This document shows, in pieces, positions 16,673-26,387 of a stretch of DNA of 60,556 bases (the first letter of the stretch is position 1; each line of letters starts with the position of its first letter). The notes below the pieces were generated by a model. It searched no databases and was not told the DNA's origin. It worked only from the letters and a program-made list of their open reading frames with translations. The DNA lies in NCBI GenBank assembly GCA_028715665.1, contig JAQURI010000002.1:1-60556 (forward strand), read 5' to 3'. The translations under genes and the position numbers were made by a program. Origin of the DNA: Candidatus Ratteibacteria bacterium (GTDB lineage Bacteria > CAIJMQ01).

Positions 16673-19600
16673 CTAATTTTCTTTTAATAAATCTTCAAAC
16701 GATAGCTGTCTGGACGGAGCTTCCTCTTTTGTGAAGTCTCCGATGTCGAGGTATACATCATAATGCCTTTCTTTTGGTGTTATTTCGTCGTCTTCCCGTG
16801 CTGTGATGTATCCTGAGGCTGATTTTATAATGCCTTTTCTTACTCCATCGTTGCCTTCCCGCCGGAATATTATCCTGTCTCCGATTTTGAATCCTGTTGG
16901 TTTGAACTTCCCGGATTCTATTGGGAAATCTCCTGCGTTATAATATTCTAGTATCTGGGCATATGTTTTGGCGAGATTGTTATCGTCTACGAATATTTCA
17001 CCTTTTAGGTATTTCGGTTTTACTTTATCGAGTTTTCTGATTATTTTTTCTAACGGAACGTAAATAATAGTAAAACCGTCTGCCCTCTGTATCTCTATTG
17101 ATGTTGACCCGAAATGACCTGTCTTCTTTATTGTTCCTTTCTTTTCCTCATTAAAATAAGAATCATTATATAAAACAAGGTCGCCTATTTTGTAACCGGT
17201 GAAAGTGTACGTTCCGGCGTTAATTGCTCTCTGGAGGTCTTCAATATCGTCGTATTTCTCTATCATCTCTTTATAGGTAATTAGTTCCCTGCTTATGGCC
17301 TGACGATAGATATCGCTCAGTGTCATCTTCCTGAGCGCAGGGACTTCCTGTTTCTCGACTTGGCCTTCCGTTCCTTTTGTCACTGTGATAACCGTCTTAT
17401 CGCCTTTCTGGACTCCTATACGGTCTCTGGCCTTCTTGTTCAGACCGTCCAAAGAATCGGATATCCTTGATGATGCCTTGAATTCGGCTATGACTGAATC
17501 GAATTTAGAATCTACTATAACGATAGCCTTATAGTGGTCTGCCGTATCGTCTTTTGTCTTGTATACAAGATGAGCCAGTTCATGGGAGAGTGTTTTTCTG
17601 ATTTTTGAGAATACTGCTATATCTCCCATGCCGATTGATTTTGATTCTAATGGAAAATCGTTGTATTCAAGGAATGGATAAAGGGCTTTTACACCTGTAT
17701 AATCCGTGGTTCCGTCTGCTGTGCCGAATCCGATTTTACGCTGGAGATAGATTGAATTCGTCGATGGTTCTGCATATGCCACGAGTCCGAATTCTTCATC
17801 TATTTTCTTATCAGTCTTCTGGATTCTTATTACCCTGCGTCCCGTAATATTTGCAATAACTGTTTTTACGTTGTTATAGCCTGCTGCATCAAGGAATGCC
17901 CGCATAATGAACTCTATCCTTCGCTCCTTTGCATTCTGTGCTCCGGGGCTGGATATCTTCGGGATTAAATGCATACTGCTTTCAAGTTCGCTGATATGAA
18001 CGAAGTTGTCAAACGCTTCAAAACCCATTTTCTGGAACTTGTTCTCTGCGATGGCTATATTGATTCTATAGTATCCCGCCATTTTCAGAGTATCGGCGTA
18101 CTGCTCTACGTCTTTGCGGTCGCACCAGAAGGTTTCTTTCTTCCATTTAGCGAATGTCATTCCTCCGCCGCTTCTTGCTTCGAGAAATTCATTTACTTTT
18201 TCTACTACTGTTTTTTGTTTCTTTTCCGTTGCTTCTTTCTCTTCTTTCAGGTCTTGCTGCTTCTCGTTGATTACGTCCTGTTTTTCCTGTACGCCCTGCT
18301 GCTCAGGAGTTGGTTTGGATGAACGTTCGGGGTCTGGCTGTTGTTCCGCTTTCTCCTGTTGGAGTTTTGCATGTTCCTGTTCTAACTGTTTTTGTTTTTC
18401 ATTATATGCTGCTGCATCTATTTTCGGGCTGTAATCCTTGGCTCTTGAGACAGCTTCATTTAATTTTGACGGGGATTTCAGGATTTCACTCATGTGGAGT
18501 TTGAAGTTCTCTTCCGAGAGGTCTTTATGTAAATCCCGTTCGACTTTTGTGACCAGTTCTACGATTTCCGGTTCGATAACCTCGAACCTGATATGGTATT
18601 TTATATCGTTGAATGTTGTGTATCTACTGATAAAATGCTGGACTTTTTCTATCTGTGAATCTGATAGTATATCTATCAATTCTATTGCATAGTCCCGTGC
18701 GAGTTCTTTAATGAATTTTTCAGTTCTTTCAATCCTGTCGTCGGTAATCCAGCCGTCCCTGCTTTTATTCGCCTGACCGTAAAAGGTATGCATAATGTTT
18801 ATATTACCCATCATCGCTGGAAGATTACCATACCTGTTATCTACGACTTCTTTTGATATGCTCCCGACCGGGGCACCATGGTCGAAGAGTTTTATATAAT
18901 CATATTCCCCGCCTGCTGTAAAGTACCCGATTATGCCTTCTTTTTCACCGTATTTCTTTTCGACCCTGACGTATCCGTATGGGGTTTCGTTGAAATTAAT
19001 TTTGTTGTTTGCAAGTTCGCCGTTAATTGTTATTGAACGAACTGGCATGGTTTTTGCAATTTCTTTTGCGATTTTAATCGCTTTTTCTTTATTATATGAT
19101 GGAAGCGGTTTCGTGAATTTTGCTATGAATTTTTGTTTTGCGCCCAATGTTTCATCCGATGAGTATTCTGCAACTTTGTAAGCCTTCATCATATCAAATT
19201 TTGGGTCTTTCTTATATTGTTCTTCAATCCAAGCAAAATCAAACTCGGCGTCAATGTCATTTGAAATTACTTCTACTTTTCCAAAAAGAAGGATAAATGA
19301 GATAAAACCTTCTCCGAACGGTTGTGTCTCTTCCCCTAAATGTTCATATCCTGATACTCCAAGATTAAAAACGGTATCAATATTGTTTTTATTGACGCCG
19401 CCTGCATTGTCTTCTATAGTATAAGAGTCATCATTGAATGTAATCGTTATATCTACAGGTACTTTTCTGTCACGGGATATTCGTTCACTGTTCTGAAGTG
19501 TTTCCCTAATAATTGTATATGCTCCTTGATATACATATCGACGCTCGATGAATTGTTCCACTGGATTTTTCGCAACGATGGGTTTCTCTTTTATTACTGG

Positions 19601-19765
19601 CGCAGTATTGTCTACCATGACAAGAGGCTGTCTGAGCACGTCTACGAGGTCTTTCTTAACGCTCACCTCATAATGTCTAGGAGCCTTTTCCTGAACTCCT
19701 TTCCGAGTTATTATTGTCTGTGGTTTTTCTTTCCACCCCGGATTCTTTTTTTCTGGGTTCGTCAT
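16673..19765 (-). CDS. 1030-aa multidomain protein: GHKL (Bergerat-fold) ATPase-like N-domain, K/E-rich coiled coil, HExxH zincin-like motif, duplicated SH3-like C-terminal modules
   Basis: ETLQNSE (N-box), IEDNAGGV (G1), QPFGEGFISF (G2, cf. Hsp90/MORC GxFGxGFxS); SHELAH; TGYKIGDLVLY / TGFKIGDRIIF repeats. Confidence 0.75.
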   Translation of the reverse strand: MTNPEKKNPGWKEKPQTIITRKGVQEKAPRHYEVSVKKDLVDVLRQPLVMVDNTAPVIKEKPIVAKNPVEQFIERRYVYQGAYTIIRETLQNSERISRDRKVPVDITITFNDDSYTIEDNAGGVNKNNIDTVFNLGVSGYEHLGEETQPFGEGFISFILLFGKVEVISNDIDAEFDFAWIEEQYKKDPKFDMMKAYKVAEYSSDETLGAKQKFIAKFTKPLPSYNKEKAIKIAKEIAKTMPVRSITINGELANNKINFNETPYGYVRVEKKYGEKEGIIGYFTAGGEYDYIKLFDHGAPVGSISKEVVDNRYGNLPAMMGNINIMHTFYGQANKSRDGWITDDRIERTEKFIKELARDYAIELIDILSDSQIEKVQHFISRYTTFNDIKYHIRFEVIEPEIVELVTKVERDLHKDLSEENFKLHMSEILKSPSKLNEAVSRAKDYSPKIDAAAYNEKQKQLEQEHAKLQQEKAEQQPDPERSSKPTPEQQGVQEKQDVINEKQQDLKEEKEATEKKQKTVVEKVNEFLEARSGGGMTFAKWKKETFWCDRKDVEQYADTLKMAGYYRINIAIAENKFQKMGFEAFDNFVHISELESSMHLIPKISSPGAQNAKERRIEFIMRAFLDAAGYNNVKTVIANITGRRVIRIQKTDKKIDEEFGLVAYAEPSTNSIYLQRKIGFGTADGTTDYTGVKALYPFLEYNDFPLESKSIGMGDIAVFSKIRKTLSHELAHLVYKTKDDTADHYKAIVIVDSKFDSVIAEFKASSRISDSLDGLNKKARDRIGVQKGDKTVITVTKGTEGQVEKQEVPALRKMTLSDIYRQAISRELITYKEMIEKYDDIEDLQRAINAGTYTFTGYKIGDLVLYNDSYFNEEKKGTIKKTGHFGSTSIEIQRADGFTIIYVPLEKIIRKLDKVKPKYLKGEIFVDDNNLAKTYAQILEYYNAGDFPIESGKFKPTGFKIGDRIIFRREGNDGVRKGIIKSASGYITAREDDEITPKERHYDVYLDIGDFTKEEAPSRQLSFEDLLKEN

Positions 19766-20145
19766 GATTTTAATTTTCTCTCCATCACCGGTAATCCCGT
19801 TTTATCATTGTAATAGTTTGGGAATTCTGTGATATGGGCAAGAGCAATTTTTCCTACGGTTAATTCATCGTCGTTTGTAATGTTTGTTACATCTCCGCCT
19901 TTGCGCCCGTGCTCACCAAGTTCCATATTTAGCCCGACCCTGTACTCTTTAACAGGTGTTCTTGTCCAGTCAACTCCCAATATGTTGCCTATTCTTTTAG
20001 CATCCTGTAAGGTGAATTCTTTTCTGTACATTGGGGTTTTTAAGATTCCTTTAACAACTTTTTTATTTGCTGCTGCTTTGTGGCCGGGCGTATCCCCGTG
20101 CCAGCCTTTGCCTTTCTTATACTTCATCGGGGTCTCTTCGGCCAT
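19762..20145 (-). CDS. DUF5661-like protein
   Basis: 127 aa; GWHGDTPGHKAAA N-motif; LGVDW..YRVGLNMELGEHG..TNITNDD..GKIALAHITEFPNYY. Confidence 0.6.
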   Translation of the reverse strand: MAEETPMKYKKGKGWHGDTPGHKAAANKKVVKGILKTPMYRKEFTLQDAKRIGNILGVDWTRTPVKEYRVGLNMELGEHGRKGGDVTNITNDDELTVGKIALAHITEFPNYYNDKTGLPVMERKLKS

Positions 20146-20224
20146 TATTTACCACCATGGACTGTACTTTTTCATGCCGCTCCCCAATAAATATCTCACA
20201 TAGCGCAAATCGTCTTTATTCATT

Positions 20225-21829
20225 TTAAGTTCCACCCGGTTTCCTTTGTGCCTCTTCCAGACTCTGTTTTGCTGTTTTTATTTGCTCCATTACCCACACA
20301 GCACCATGCTTTTCTATAATTTCTTTTGCAGCCGATTCCGATTCGTCTTTTGATTTTCCAGACGTGAACTTTAGCCCCGTTGTCACTTCCGTTGTATGCC
20401 AATCCGAACCTTCAAAATGCGAAACGAATTCTATAGTTGCATATTCGAATGGATAGGGTTTTTTGATTAGTTCTTTAACGTATTTTCCATCTTTCGAAAC
20501 AATTTTATAATATGACTTCTTATCTGATTTTTCCGGCTCGGATTTCTTCTTTTCAGCGGCCAGTTCTTCATCGATTTCCCGGCTTATTCCTTTCGCTGCT
20601 GTTGCGAAGGTCTCTTCCAAACCTCTGCCGAGTTCGGCGTATTGTGCGTATCCGTTTTTGCCGTCTTTTGCTTTCAAAGAATCAACGTGTGCGGCTACTG
20701 TATTAAATCCTTCCTCTTTCGCTTCGGCCAACCAGCCTTTGAACTGCTGACGTGCCCACTTTGTTGTTTTATCATCAATACCTATCTTTCTCAGGTCTAT
20801 TGCATTTTCCGGGGAGGTCAATGCCCCGTGCTCGCCACAGGATAATTTCGAATTGCTGTTAAATACCAGACCACGGTAATCTTCCGGACACCTGAATGCT
20901 GTCTTGCCTTTGAATGCACCGTCAAGCATTCTGAACCTGATACCTTCTGAATCGTCAATGTAAAGCCCTTCTAAGTCAATGCCTGCTCTCTTTGCCCGTT
21001 CCAGTGTGGAATGGTCGTCTTCATCGGGCTTTGGTTCGGATTCTTTTGTAAAATCCCTTATGACCTCGAATTTATAGAGTTGTTTTGTATTTCCACCCCG
21101 CATACTCTCGAACTCATATCGCCCCATCTTAATTCCCAAATATTTATATTGGAGTTTATACTTTTTATGAATTACAATGTCCCCAATCTTTAATTCCAGT
21201 TTCTCAAAGAGGTCATCTATCTCTTTATCCGTTCTCTCCGGTGTCTCTACGTATTCGTTCGAGGCTAATAGCTGTTCTCCTTTTGACTTTAACCAGCCCT
21301 GTATTTCATTGAGTTCTTCTTTTTTGAGATGCTTCGTTACCATTGGGGTTGAAATGTTTATTCTATCTGATGATGACCTATAAACATCCTCTCCAATTGG
21401 TTTTTTCTCTATAGTAATTCTGTCTCCGAACTCTGCAAAATAGAATTCCGATGGGTTTTGTATCTGCTCTTTCGTGAATATATCCCTGACCGGTTTTGGA
21501 ATGATACCTTTTGTTTCTGTACGTACAGGTTTGACGGGTTTTTCCTTTTTCATCGGCTTCCTGAGCACAACTTCAGATTCTTTCTTTATGGCCGCTTTAC
21601 GGTGCTTTGGAGCCACAACCTTGATTCCTTCCGGGGTAGAGGTTGGTTCGCCCTTCTCAAACCATCCTGAGCCGTTCTTGGCAATCCATTGGGAAATTTT
21701 CCGCTGCTCCCCTTCATCCAGTTCATCCCACGACACTTTCAGGTATGCTGAGGACATGTGCAGGGCTGAGAGCATTTTCTTTGCCTTGTCCGGCTGCTTT
21801 TTTAGTGTTGTCCATTGTGATGCGTTCAT
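20225..21829 (-). CDS. large hypothetical protein
   Basis: ORF of 534 aa from the ATG at 21829, which overlaps the stop of the upstream Zn-ribbon ORF (ATGA); the track start at 21853 is less likely. Confidence 0.65.
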   Translation of the reverse strand: MNASQWTTLKKQPDKAKKMLSALHMSSAYLKVSWDELDEGEQRKISQWIAKNGSGWFEKGEPTSTPEGIKVVAPKHRKAAIKKESEVVLRKPMKKEKPVKPVRTETKGIIPKPVRDIFTKEQIQNPSEFYFAEFGDRITIEKKPIGEDVYRSSSDRINISTPMVTKHLKKEELNEIQGWLKSKGEQLLASNEYVETPERTDKEIDDLFEKLELKIGDIVIHKKYKLQYKYLGIKMGRYEFESMRGGNTKQLYKFEVIRDFTKESEPKPDEDDHSTLERAKRAGIDLEGLYIDDSEGIRFRMLDGAFKGKTAFRCPEDYRGLVFNSNSKLSCGEHGALTSPENAIDLRKIGIDDKTTKWARQQFKGWLAEAKEEGFNTVAAHVDSLKAKDGKNGYAQYAELGRGLEETFATAAKGISREIDEELAAEKKKSEPEKSDKKSYYKIVSKDGKYVKELIKKPYPFEYATIEFVSHFEGSDWHTTEVTTGLKFTSGKSKDESESAAKEIIEKHGAVWVMEQIKTAKQSLEEAQRKPGGT

Positions 21830-21957
21830 TTCCGTTTCCTCCCGCCAATACATATTCTACCGCACTTTTTACATTTCCACCTCTGGAATCTTCCTGTTTT
21901 TTTAATGTGTACACCGGCTTTGATGGTGTCCGGGGAATGACAAAAATGACATCTCAT
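21826..21957 (-). CDS. zinc-ribbon protein (43 aa)
   Basis: hand-translated MRCHFCHSPDTIKAGVHIKKTGRFQRWKCKKCGRICIG; first ORF after a TATA-rich intergenic region. Confidence 0.45.
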   Translation of the reverse strand: MRCHFCHSPDTIKAGVHIKKTGRFQRWKCKKCGRICIGGRKRK

Positions 21958-22032
21958 ATAAGTGGTTATTTACTTACTTACTTATATAGATTCTCTAAGT
22001 ATAGACTGAAAATTGTGTTTGAAAAATAGAAA

Positions 22033-22239
22033 TTAATTTTTTGAGCTCAGATACTTTTGATTTATCACGTACCCGCTAAAACACATAGCTAGGGCAAATA
22101 CGGAAAGATAATAAATAGGATTTTTTAACTGGTAATAATAGGACTTGTTCGTAATAGCGATTGCAATTAAACTGATTTCCATTGTTACTAATACTATTGT
22201 CATAGTCACAATGGGTCTATTTAGCTTTTCCCAATCCAT
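22033..22239 (-). CDS. small membrane protein
   Basis: 68 aa, two TM helices. Confidence 0.5.
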   Translation of the reverse strand: MDWEKLNRPIVTMTIVLVTMEISLIAIAITNKSYYYQLKNPIYYLSVFALAMCFSGYVINQKYLSSKN

Positions 22240-22326
22240 AATATCACAACCCTATCGCTTTCTTCACCATGCTCCGGTTGTTTTACGACTTCGTTCTTTT
22301 CCATTTACGAGTGGGGTGGGCATGAT

Positions 22327-22533
22327 TTAGGGTTTATTATTTATCTTTTCCAGTATTTTTAAATGGTCTTTTTCTTCGTTCAGGATATGCAGAAGTGACC
22401 GCTTATCGTTCCCATTTTCTATTTCAGGAATCAAATATTCATAATACGTGATTGCGGCTCGTTCATCCTGAATTCCTTGGGAGATAATATTCTTTAAATA
22501 ACTTCTCGGTAATTTTTTTCTTATAGTTTTCAT
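22327..22533 (-). CDS. half-ferritin-like protein (putative)
   Basis: 68 aa; QDERAAITYYEYL ... NEEKDHL resembles one ExxA..Y/EExxH helix pair of ferritin-like proteins; weak. Confidence 0.4.
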   Translation of the reverse strand: MKTIRKKLPRSYLKNIISQGIQDERAAITYYEYLIPEIENGNDKRSLLHILNEEKDHLKILEKINNKP

Positions 22534-22537
22534 AATT

Positions 22538-22672
22538 TCACTTCATTACGATTTCAATTATCCATATTATCACAAGCGCAAATACTATTATCACGAGTGG
22601 GTTACTCCATGTGAAGAATTCGTCCTCTTTTATGGCTTTAATCGCCTTATTTGCTTTTGTTTTCCATTTCAT
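22538..22672 (-). CDS. small membrane protein (44 aa)
   Basis: hand-translated MKWKTKANKAIKAIKEDEFFTWSNPLVIIVFALVIIWIIEIVMK. Confidence 0.35.
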   Translation of the reverse strand: MKWKTKANKAIKAIKEDEFFTWSNPLVIIVFALVIIWIIEIVMK

Positions 22673-22745
22673 TAGAATGCAACTCCTATTAATTCCAATT
22701 TAAGGTCTATTTGTATCGGGGTTGTAAATTTTCCGCTTGCCATGA

Positions 22746-22982
22746 TTACCTCCTACCCGTGTGGGATTTTTTCATAGGGAGATGTGTTTCTCCCGTTACA
22801 AGATTTGCATAACCTTGTGTACCTTTTATTTTCCTTATACGATATCTTTGAGGATGGTTAGCTCTTGCTTTTTTATCTTTTGCAAAGCGTATGGCATCTG
22901 GTTTTTTTTCCGTTGCCCCATGTCTTTCAAATTTTGACCATCCTCTTTTGTCGTATGTTGAAATGTATATTGCATATGGCAT
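22746..22982 (-). CDS. hypothetical basic protein
   Basis: 78-aa ORF in chain. Confidence 0.5.
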   Translation of the reverse strand: MPYAIYISTYDKRGWSKFERHGATEKKPDAIRFAKDKKARANHPQRYRIRKIKGTQGYANLVTGETHLPMKKSHTGRR

Positions 22983-22983
22983 A

Positions 22984-23229
22984 TTACTTCCTCCGTTTCA
23001 TTTTTTTAAGTGTGTGCGCTAGTACCGCTCGCTTTTTCAGTAATGGTGTGACATGAATTATACGGATACCGATTGGATATGGGTTTGTTACTTCCGTGCC
23101 GACAGGTGCTTTCTTGATTTTTGTAAGCAGACCCATCGGGATATCTTTCTCTTCAGGAATCTGGAGCATTCGTGATAATGCGCCCGTTTTTAGTTTTGGG
23201 AGCCATAGTTTCTTCTTTTGGTTACTCAT
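22984..23229 (-). CDS. hypothetical basic protein
   Basis: 81-aa ORF; overlaps the end of the upstream gene. Confidence 0.5.
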   Translation of the reverse strand: MSNQKKKLWLPKLKTGALSRMLQIPEEKDIPMGLLTKIKKAPVGTEVTNPYPIGIRIIHVTPLLKKRAVLAHTLKKMKRRK

Positions 23230-24463
23230 ACCACATTTTTCCTCCTTTATTCTTTAGTGATTTAGTCATTTTCTTTTTCTGTTTACCTTTCTGTACGTAC
23301 ATATTTGTGTAGGCCACATAGCCTATGACTGATATAACTACCAGAATTATTCCGGCTAATCCGATGTTGTAAATGATTTTGTTCCCTGTTAACGGTTGTG
23401 GGTTTGATGCTTGTGAATCGTTTATTCCTGATACTGATGACCTGAAGGCATTGGCGATATCTTGCGGGTTTGCCGTTGTTTCTGCGATTGGCTGTGAACT
23501 TGCTTTAGTTCCTGCTCCAGTTCCCCCTGAACTTGACCCGGATGATGGCGCCTGCTCTTTTAACGATAAATTTGTTTCTGATACTGTCGGTTTCGGGGTT
23601 GTTCCCGGCACTGTCGTTGCAGGGATGGGTTCCACCGCCGGAACAACGACTGCCACTTTATTCATTGTAATTATGAACGGAATTGTTGAATAAAAAGATA
23701 GTCCTTTCATTACCGTAACATATCCTGCCTGACTGAATACTAAAATTTTTGTCTGGCCGGTCTCTAATACAAAATCCTTTGCTGTTACTCCTATTGGCGA
23801 GTTGAGATACGTTATTGTGGCGTTTGTTGGTATTGTATCTACTAGAATCGTTTTTGTCTGGACTGGAGTTACTGCTTTAGGTGTTATATCTATTTCGAAT
23901 CTTCCTTCTGATGACTGTGAGTCTACGCCTGAGACCCAAATTCCTGTCGTCCTGTCTTTTACGTCTTCTTTTATAAAATAAAATCGCTTCCCCGCCGGTA
24001 ATGTACCCGGTATTATGAAACCTATTTGTTTTGAGGTTGCTACTGGAATTTGTGAGTCTATTATCTCTGCTGCCAATACCTGCTGGGATTCGGTATCGTC
24101 ATATATTCTAAATCTGTGTTGAGCGAACCCTGTTCCCCCTGTAAATCTGGGAAGATTCGGTGCTTGAGCCTTAAAAGTATAATTTGCGGTCTGACCCTCG
24201 TTTATAGTCAGCCCTAATGGTAGTTCCGTTATTGTGGCTTTTGAAAGTAATGAACCCGATTTCTTCCAGACCCGTTCCTGCACTCCGCCTTCATAAGTGA
24301 CACGATAAAGTCTATCCCCGATTCCGAAAAAGTCGCCTATAACTCCGTATTGGCTTTCTATACGTTCTTCCTTTATGATTTTCCTTAGTTCTTCTGCTGA
24401 TACGAACTGGGTTGATGTCAGGAGAACCAGTGTCGCTACCAGCATGAAGAACTTCTGTTTCAT
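23222..24463 (-). CDS. PEGA-domain surface protein, type I membrane anchored
   Basis: signal peptide, PEGA-like segment (TIPTNATITYLNSPIGVT..AGYVTV), S/T/P linker, C-terminal TM + Lys-rich tail; paralogue of 25161-26387. Confidence 0.7.
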   Translation of the reverse strand: MKQKFFMLVATLVLLTSTQFVSAEELRKIIKEERIESQYGVIGDFFGIGDRLYRVTYEGGVQERVWKKSGSLLSKATITELPLGLTINEGQTANYTFKAQAPNLPRFTGGTGFAQHRFRIYDDTESQQVLAAEIIDSQIPVATSKQIGFIIPGTLPAGKRFYFIKEDVKDRTTGIWVSGVDSQSSEGRFEIDITPKAVTPVQTKTILVDTIPTNATITYLNSPIGVTAKDFVLETGQTKILVFSQAGYVTVMKGLSFYSTIPFIITMNKVAVVVPAVEPIPATTVPGTTPKPTVSETNLSLKEQAPSSGSSSGGTGAGTKASSQPIAETTANPQDIANAFRSSVSGINDSQASNPQPLTGNKIIYNIGLAGIILVVISVIGYVAYTNMYVQKGKQKKKMTKSLKNKGGKMWYE

Positions 24464-24481
24464 TTTAAGTTCCGGTTCTGA

Positions 24482-24691
24482 TTACCAGCCTGTATTACCT
24501 TTTGCGAACATGAATCCCCGAAACCATGCTCTTAGTTCAACCAATGTCATGTTCTGGCTATGGTCTCTGCTGCCGTCCATGTCTGTGATTTTGTGCCGAG
24601 TCCAGCCGTCTCCGGGAGACCATTGGCTTACTCTTAACCCGTACTTCAGAAGGTCTTTCTCTATTATTTTTACACCGATATCTTTTGCCAT
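24482..24691 (-). CDS. hypothetical protein
   Basis: ATG at 24691 (MAKDIGVKII..) avoids overlap with the upstream ORF; the track start is 24769. Confidence 0.45.
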   Translation of the reverse strand: MAKDIGVKIIEKDLLKYGLRVSQWSPGDGWTRHKITDMDGSRDHSQNMTLVELRAWFRGFMFAKGNTGW

Positions 24692-24704
24692 GATTTGTTT
24701 CCCT

Positions 24705-24902
24705 CTACTTTTTTCTAATCCACTGTTCATATCCTTGTGGTGTTTTGATAGTTCGTACCAAATATCCACTTGCTCTGAGTGAGTTTGCAGTCATTTCTAA
24801 ATGGTATTTTTTATCATGTGTAGGGTTATAATACGCCTCACTGAACTCGAATATTTTACCATTGAATTTTCTTGTTCTTTTTGCGGTAGACATTGTTTTC
24901 AC
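24705..24902 (-). CDS. hypothetical protein
   Basis: 65-aa ORF in chain. Confidence 0.45.
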   Translation of the reverse strand: MKTMSTAKRTRKFNGKIFEFSEAYYNPTHDKKYHLEMTANSLRASGYLVRTIKTPQGYEQWIRKK

Positions 24903-24917
24903 ATCCTTAGTGACTGA

Positions 24918-25157
24918 TTAATTTCTGCCTCTTTGGTGAGTACGCATCCAATCCCGTGCAACTTGTATTGCTTTGGTCATTCCATATGATTCTATCCCCG
25001 AAATCGGAGTCACTACAAATTTATTGTTTGACCCGGTTAATGGGTATATTGTAATGTGTCGCCCAGTCATCTCATTTACCCACTGATGCTGGGCATAAGG
25101 TATATCGGATATTATCTGAAGATGTTTTACTTTTCTCCATCCATGTATTTTTGCCAT
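24918..25157 (-). CDS. hypothetical protein
   Basis: 79-aa ORF in chain. Confidence 0.5.
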   Translation of the reverse strand: MAKIHGWRKVKHLQIISDIPYAQHQWVNEMTGRHITIYPLTGSNNKFVVTPISGIESYGMTKAIQVARDWMRTHQRGRN

Positions 25158-25160
25158 GAT

Positions 25161-26387
25161 TTACGTCCTCTTCTTTCCTTTGCTCTTTCCTTTGCTCTTA
25201 CCTTCCTTTATGTGAAGTTTTGTGTAACCTATGTAAACGATGGCTATTGCGATGATGGCTATGAGAATATTCGTGCTCGTCAGTATTGATTCTTTTTCAT
25301 AGGTTATTACTGCGCCCCCGGATGGTATTTCAGTTTCAACGATTGCTGAACCTGTTTCCCCGGATGCAGTTGATGTTGGGGCTGGCTCATTTGGCGTACC
25401 CATCGTTGGAACCGGCGTTGGGGTTTGAGTCGGTGTAATTGCGCCAATTGCAGGGGTCGGTGATGCTGATATAAATACTGCGCTTACTGGTGACGCTGTA
25501 TTGATATCTACACCTTTTGCTACTGAAGTGTAGCCCGCTAATGTAAATGTCAATATCTTCGCTGAACTTGAATCGAGGCTTAGACTGAATGGGGTTGTTC
25601 CGAGGGTCTGGCCTGATGAAGTTACTGTGGCTCCTGATGGACTTGATATCACCTGAATTGTTTTTGTAGACACCGGGATTGGTGTTGGAGTGGCAGCTAC
25701 GGTCGGTTGTGGTACCGGATATTTACAATTTCCTCCTGTTAATGCGCCCCTTCCAGCTCCTGACTGGTATGAATTATACCATATTATATTTAACATGTAT
25801 GTCGATGTTACTCCCCATCCGGGGTTTGCCAGCCGAACCCATGTTCCGTCTTTTTTCATCTGGTATTCTACTACCATGAAAGGAATTGTCTGGCCAGCAG
25901 TGTATCCACGGTATGGGATTTCTATACTATATGGTGTTGAAATCGTTGATGATGACTGGAACTGATTGGAGTCATATACTTTATTTGTCGGGAAGTTTGC
26001 TAATAATAAATCTACACTTCCGCCAAGGTCGTTTTCCCATACTTCTATCCTGTGGGTGTCCGTAAAACTATTTGCACTGTCCTGAATCGTTTTAACTCTT
26101 ACATTTGTTTTGGCATTATAACATACACTGGTATCAATGTTGGTGCCGCTTGGAATTTCTGTTATCGCTCCAAGACTTAATGTTTTTCCTGATATGGAAA
26201 CCTCTGCTGTTGTTCCGTCACTGTACGTCACTTTATAGATTTGATTTCCGATTCCCAGCACGCTTGTAAAGATTCCGTACTGGTTATCTATGAGTTCTCT
26301 CTTTACAACAGTAACTTGCCCTGCTGCCGATGCGAATGGGATTAATGCAATAAGCACTAATACCAGCCAGAATTTCAGTTTACTCAT
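25161..26387 (-). CDS. PEGA-domain surface protein, type I membrane anchored
   Basis: signal peptide; SSPSGATVTSSGQTLGTTPF..AGYTSV PEGA-like segment; C-terminal TM + KSKGKSKGKKRT tail; N-domain paralogous to 23222-24463. Confidence 0.7.
   Translation of the reverse strand: MSKLKFWLVLVLIALIPFASAAGQVTVVKRELIDNQYGIFTSVLGIGNQIYKVTYSDGTTAEVSISGKTLSLGAITEIPSGTNIDTSVCYNAKTNVRVKTIQDSANSFTDTHRIEVWENDLGGSVDLLLANFPTNKVYDSNQFQSSSTISTPYSIEIPYRGYTAGQTIPFMVVEYQMKKDGTWVRLANPGWGVTSTYMLNIIWYNSYQSGAGRGALTGGNCKYPVPQPTVAATPTPIPVSTKTIQVISSPSGATVTSSGQTLGTTPFSLSLDSSSAKILTFTLAGYTSVAKGVDINTASPVSAVFISASPTPAIGAITPTQTPTPVPTMGTPNEPAPTSTASGETGSAIVETEIPSGGAVITYEKESILTSTNILIAIIAIAIVYIGYTKLHIKEGKSKGKSKGKKRT

Noticed and set aside
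25173-25196. Short perfect tandem repeats: ctttcctttgct x2 here, and tgcctgtgtttc x2 at 48221-48244.
   Set aside because: Only two units each, both in frame inside ORFs (KSKG x2 and AETQ x2). These are ordinary low-complexity coding repeats, not the long tandem-repeat arrays typical of some giant archaeal elements.
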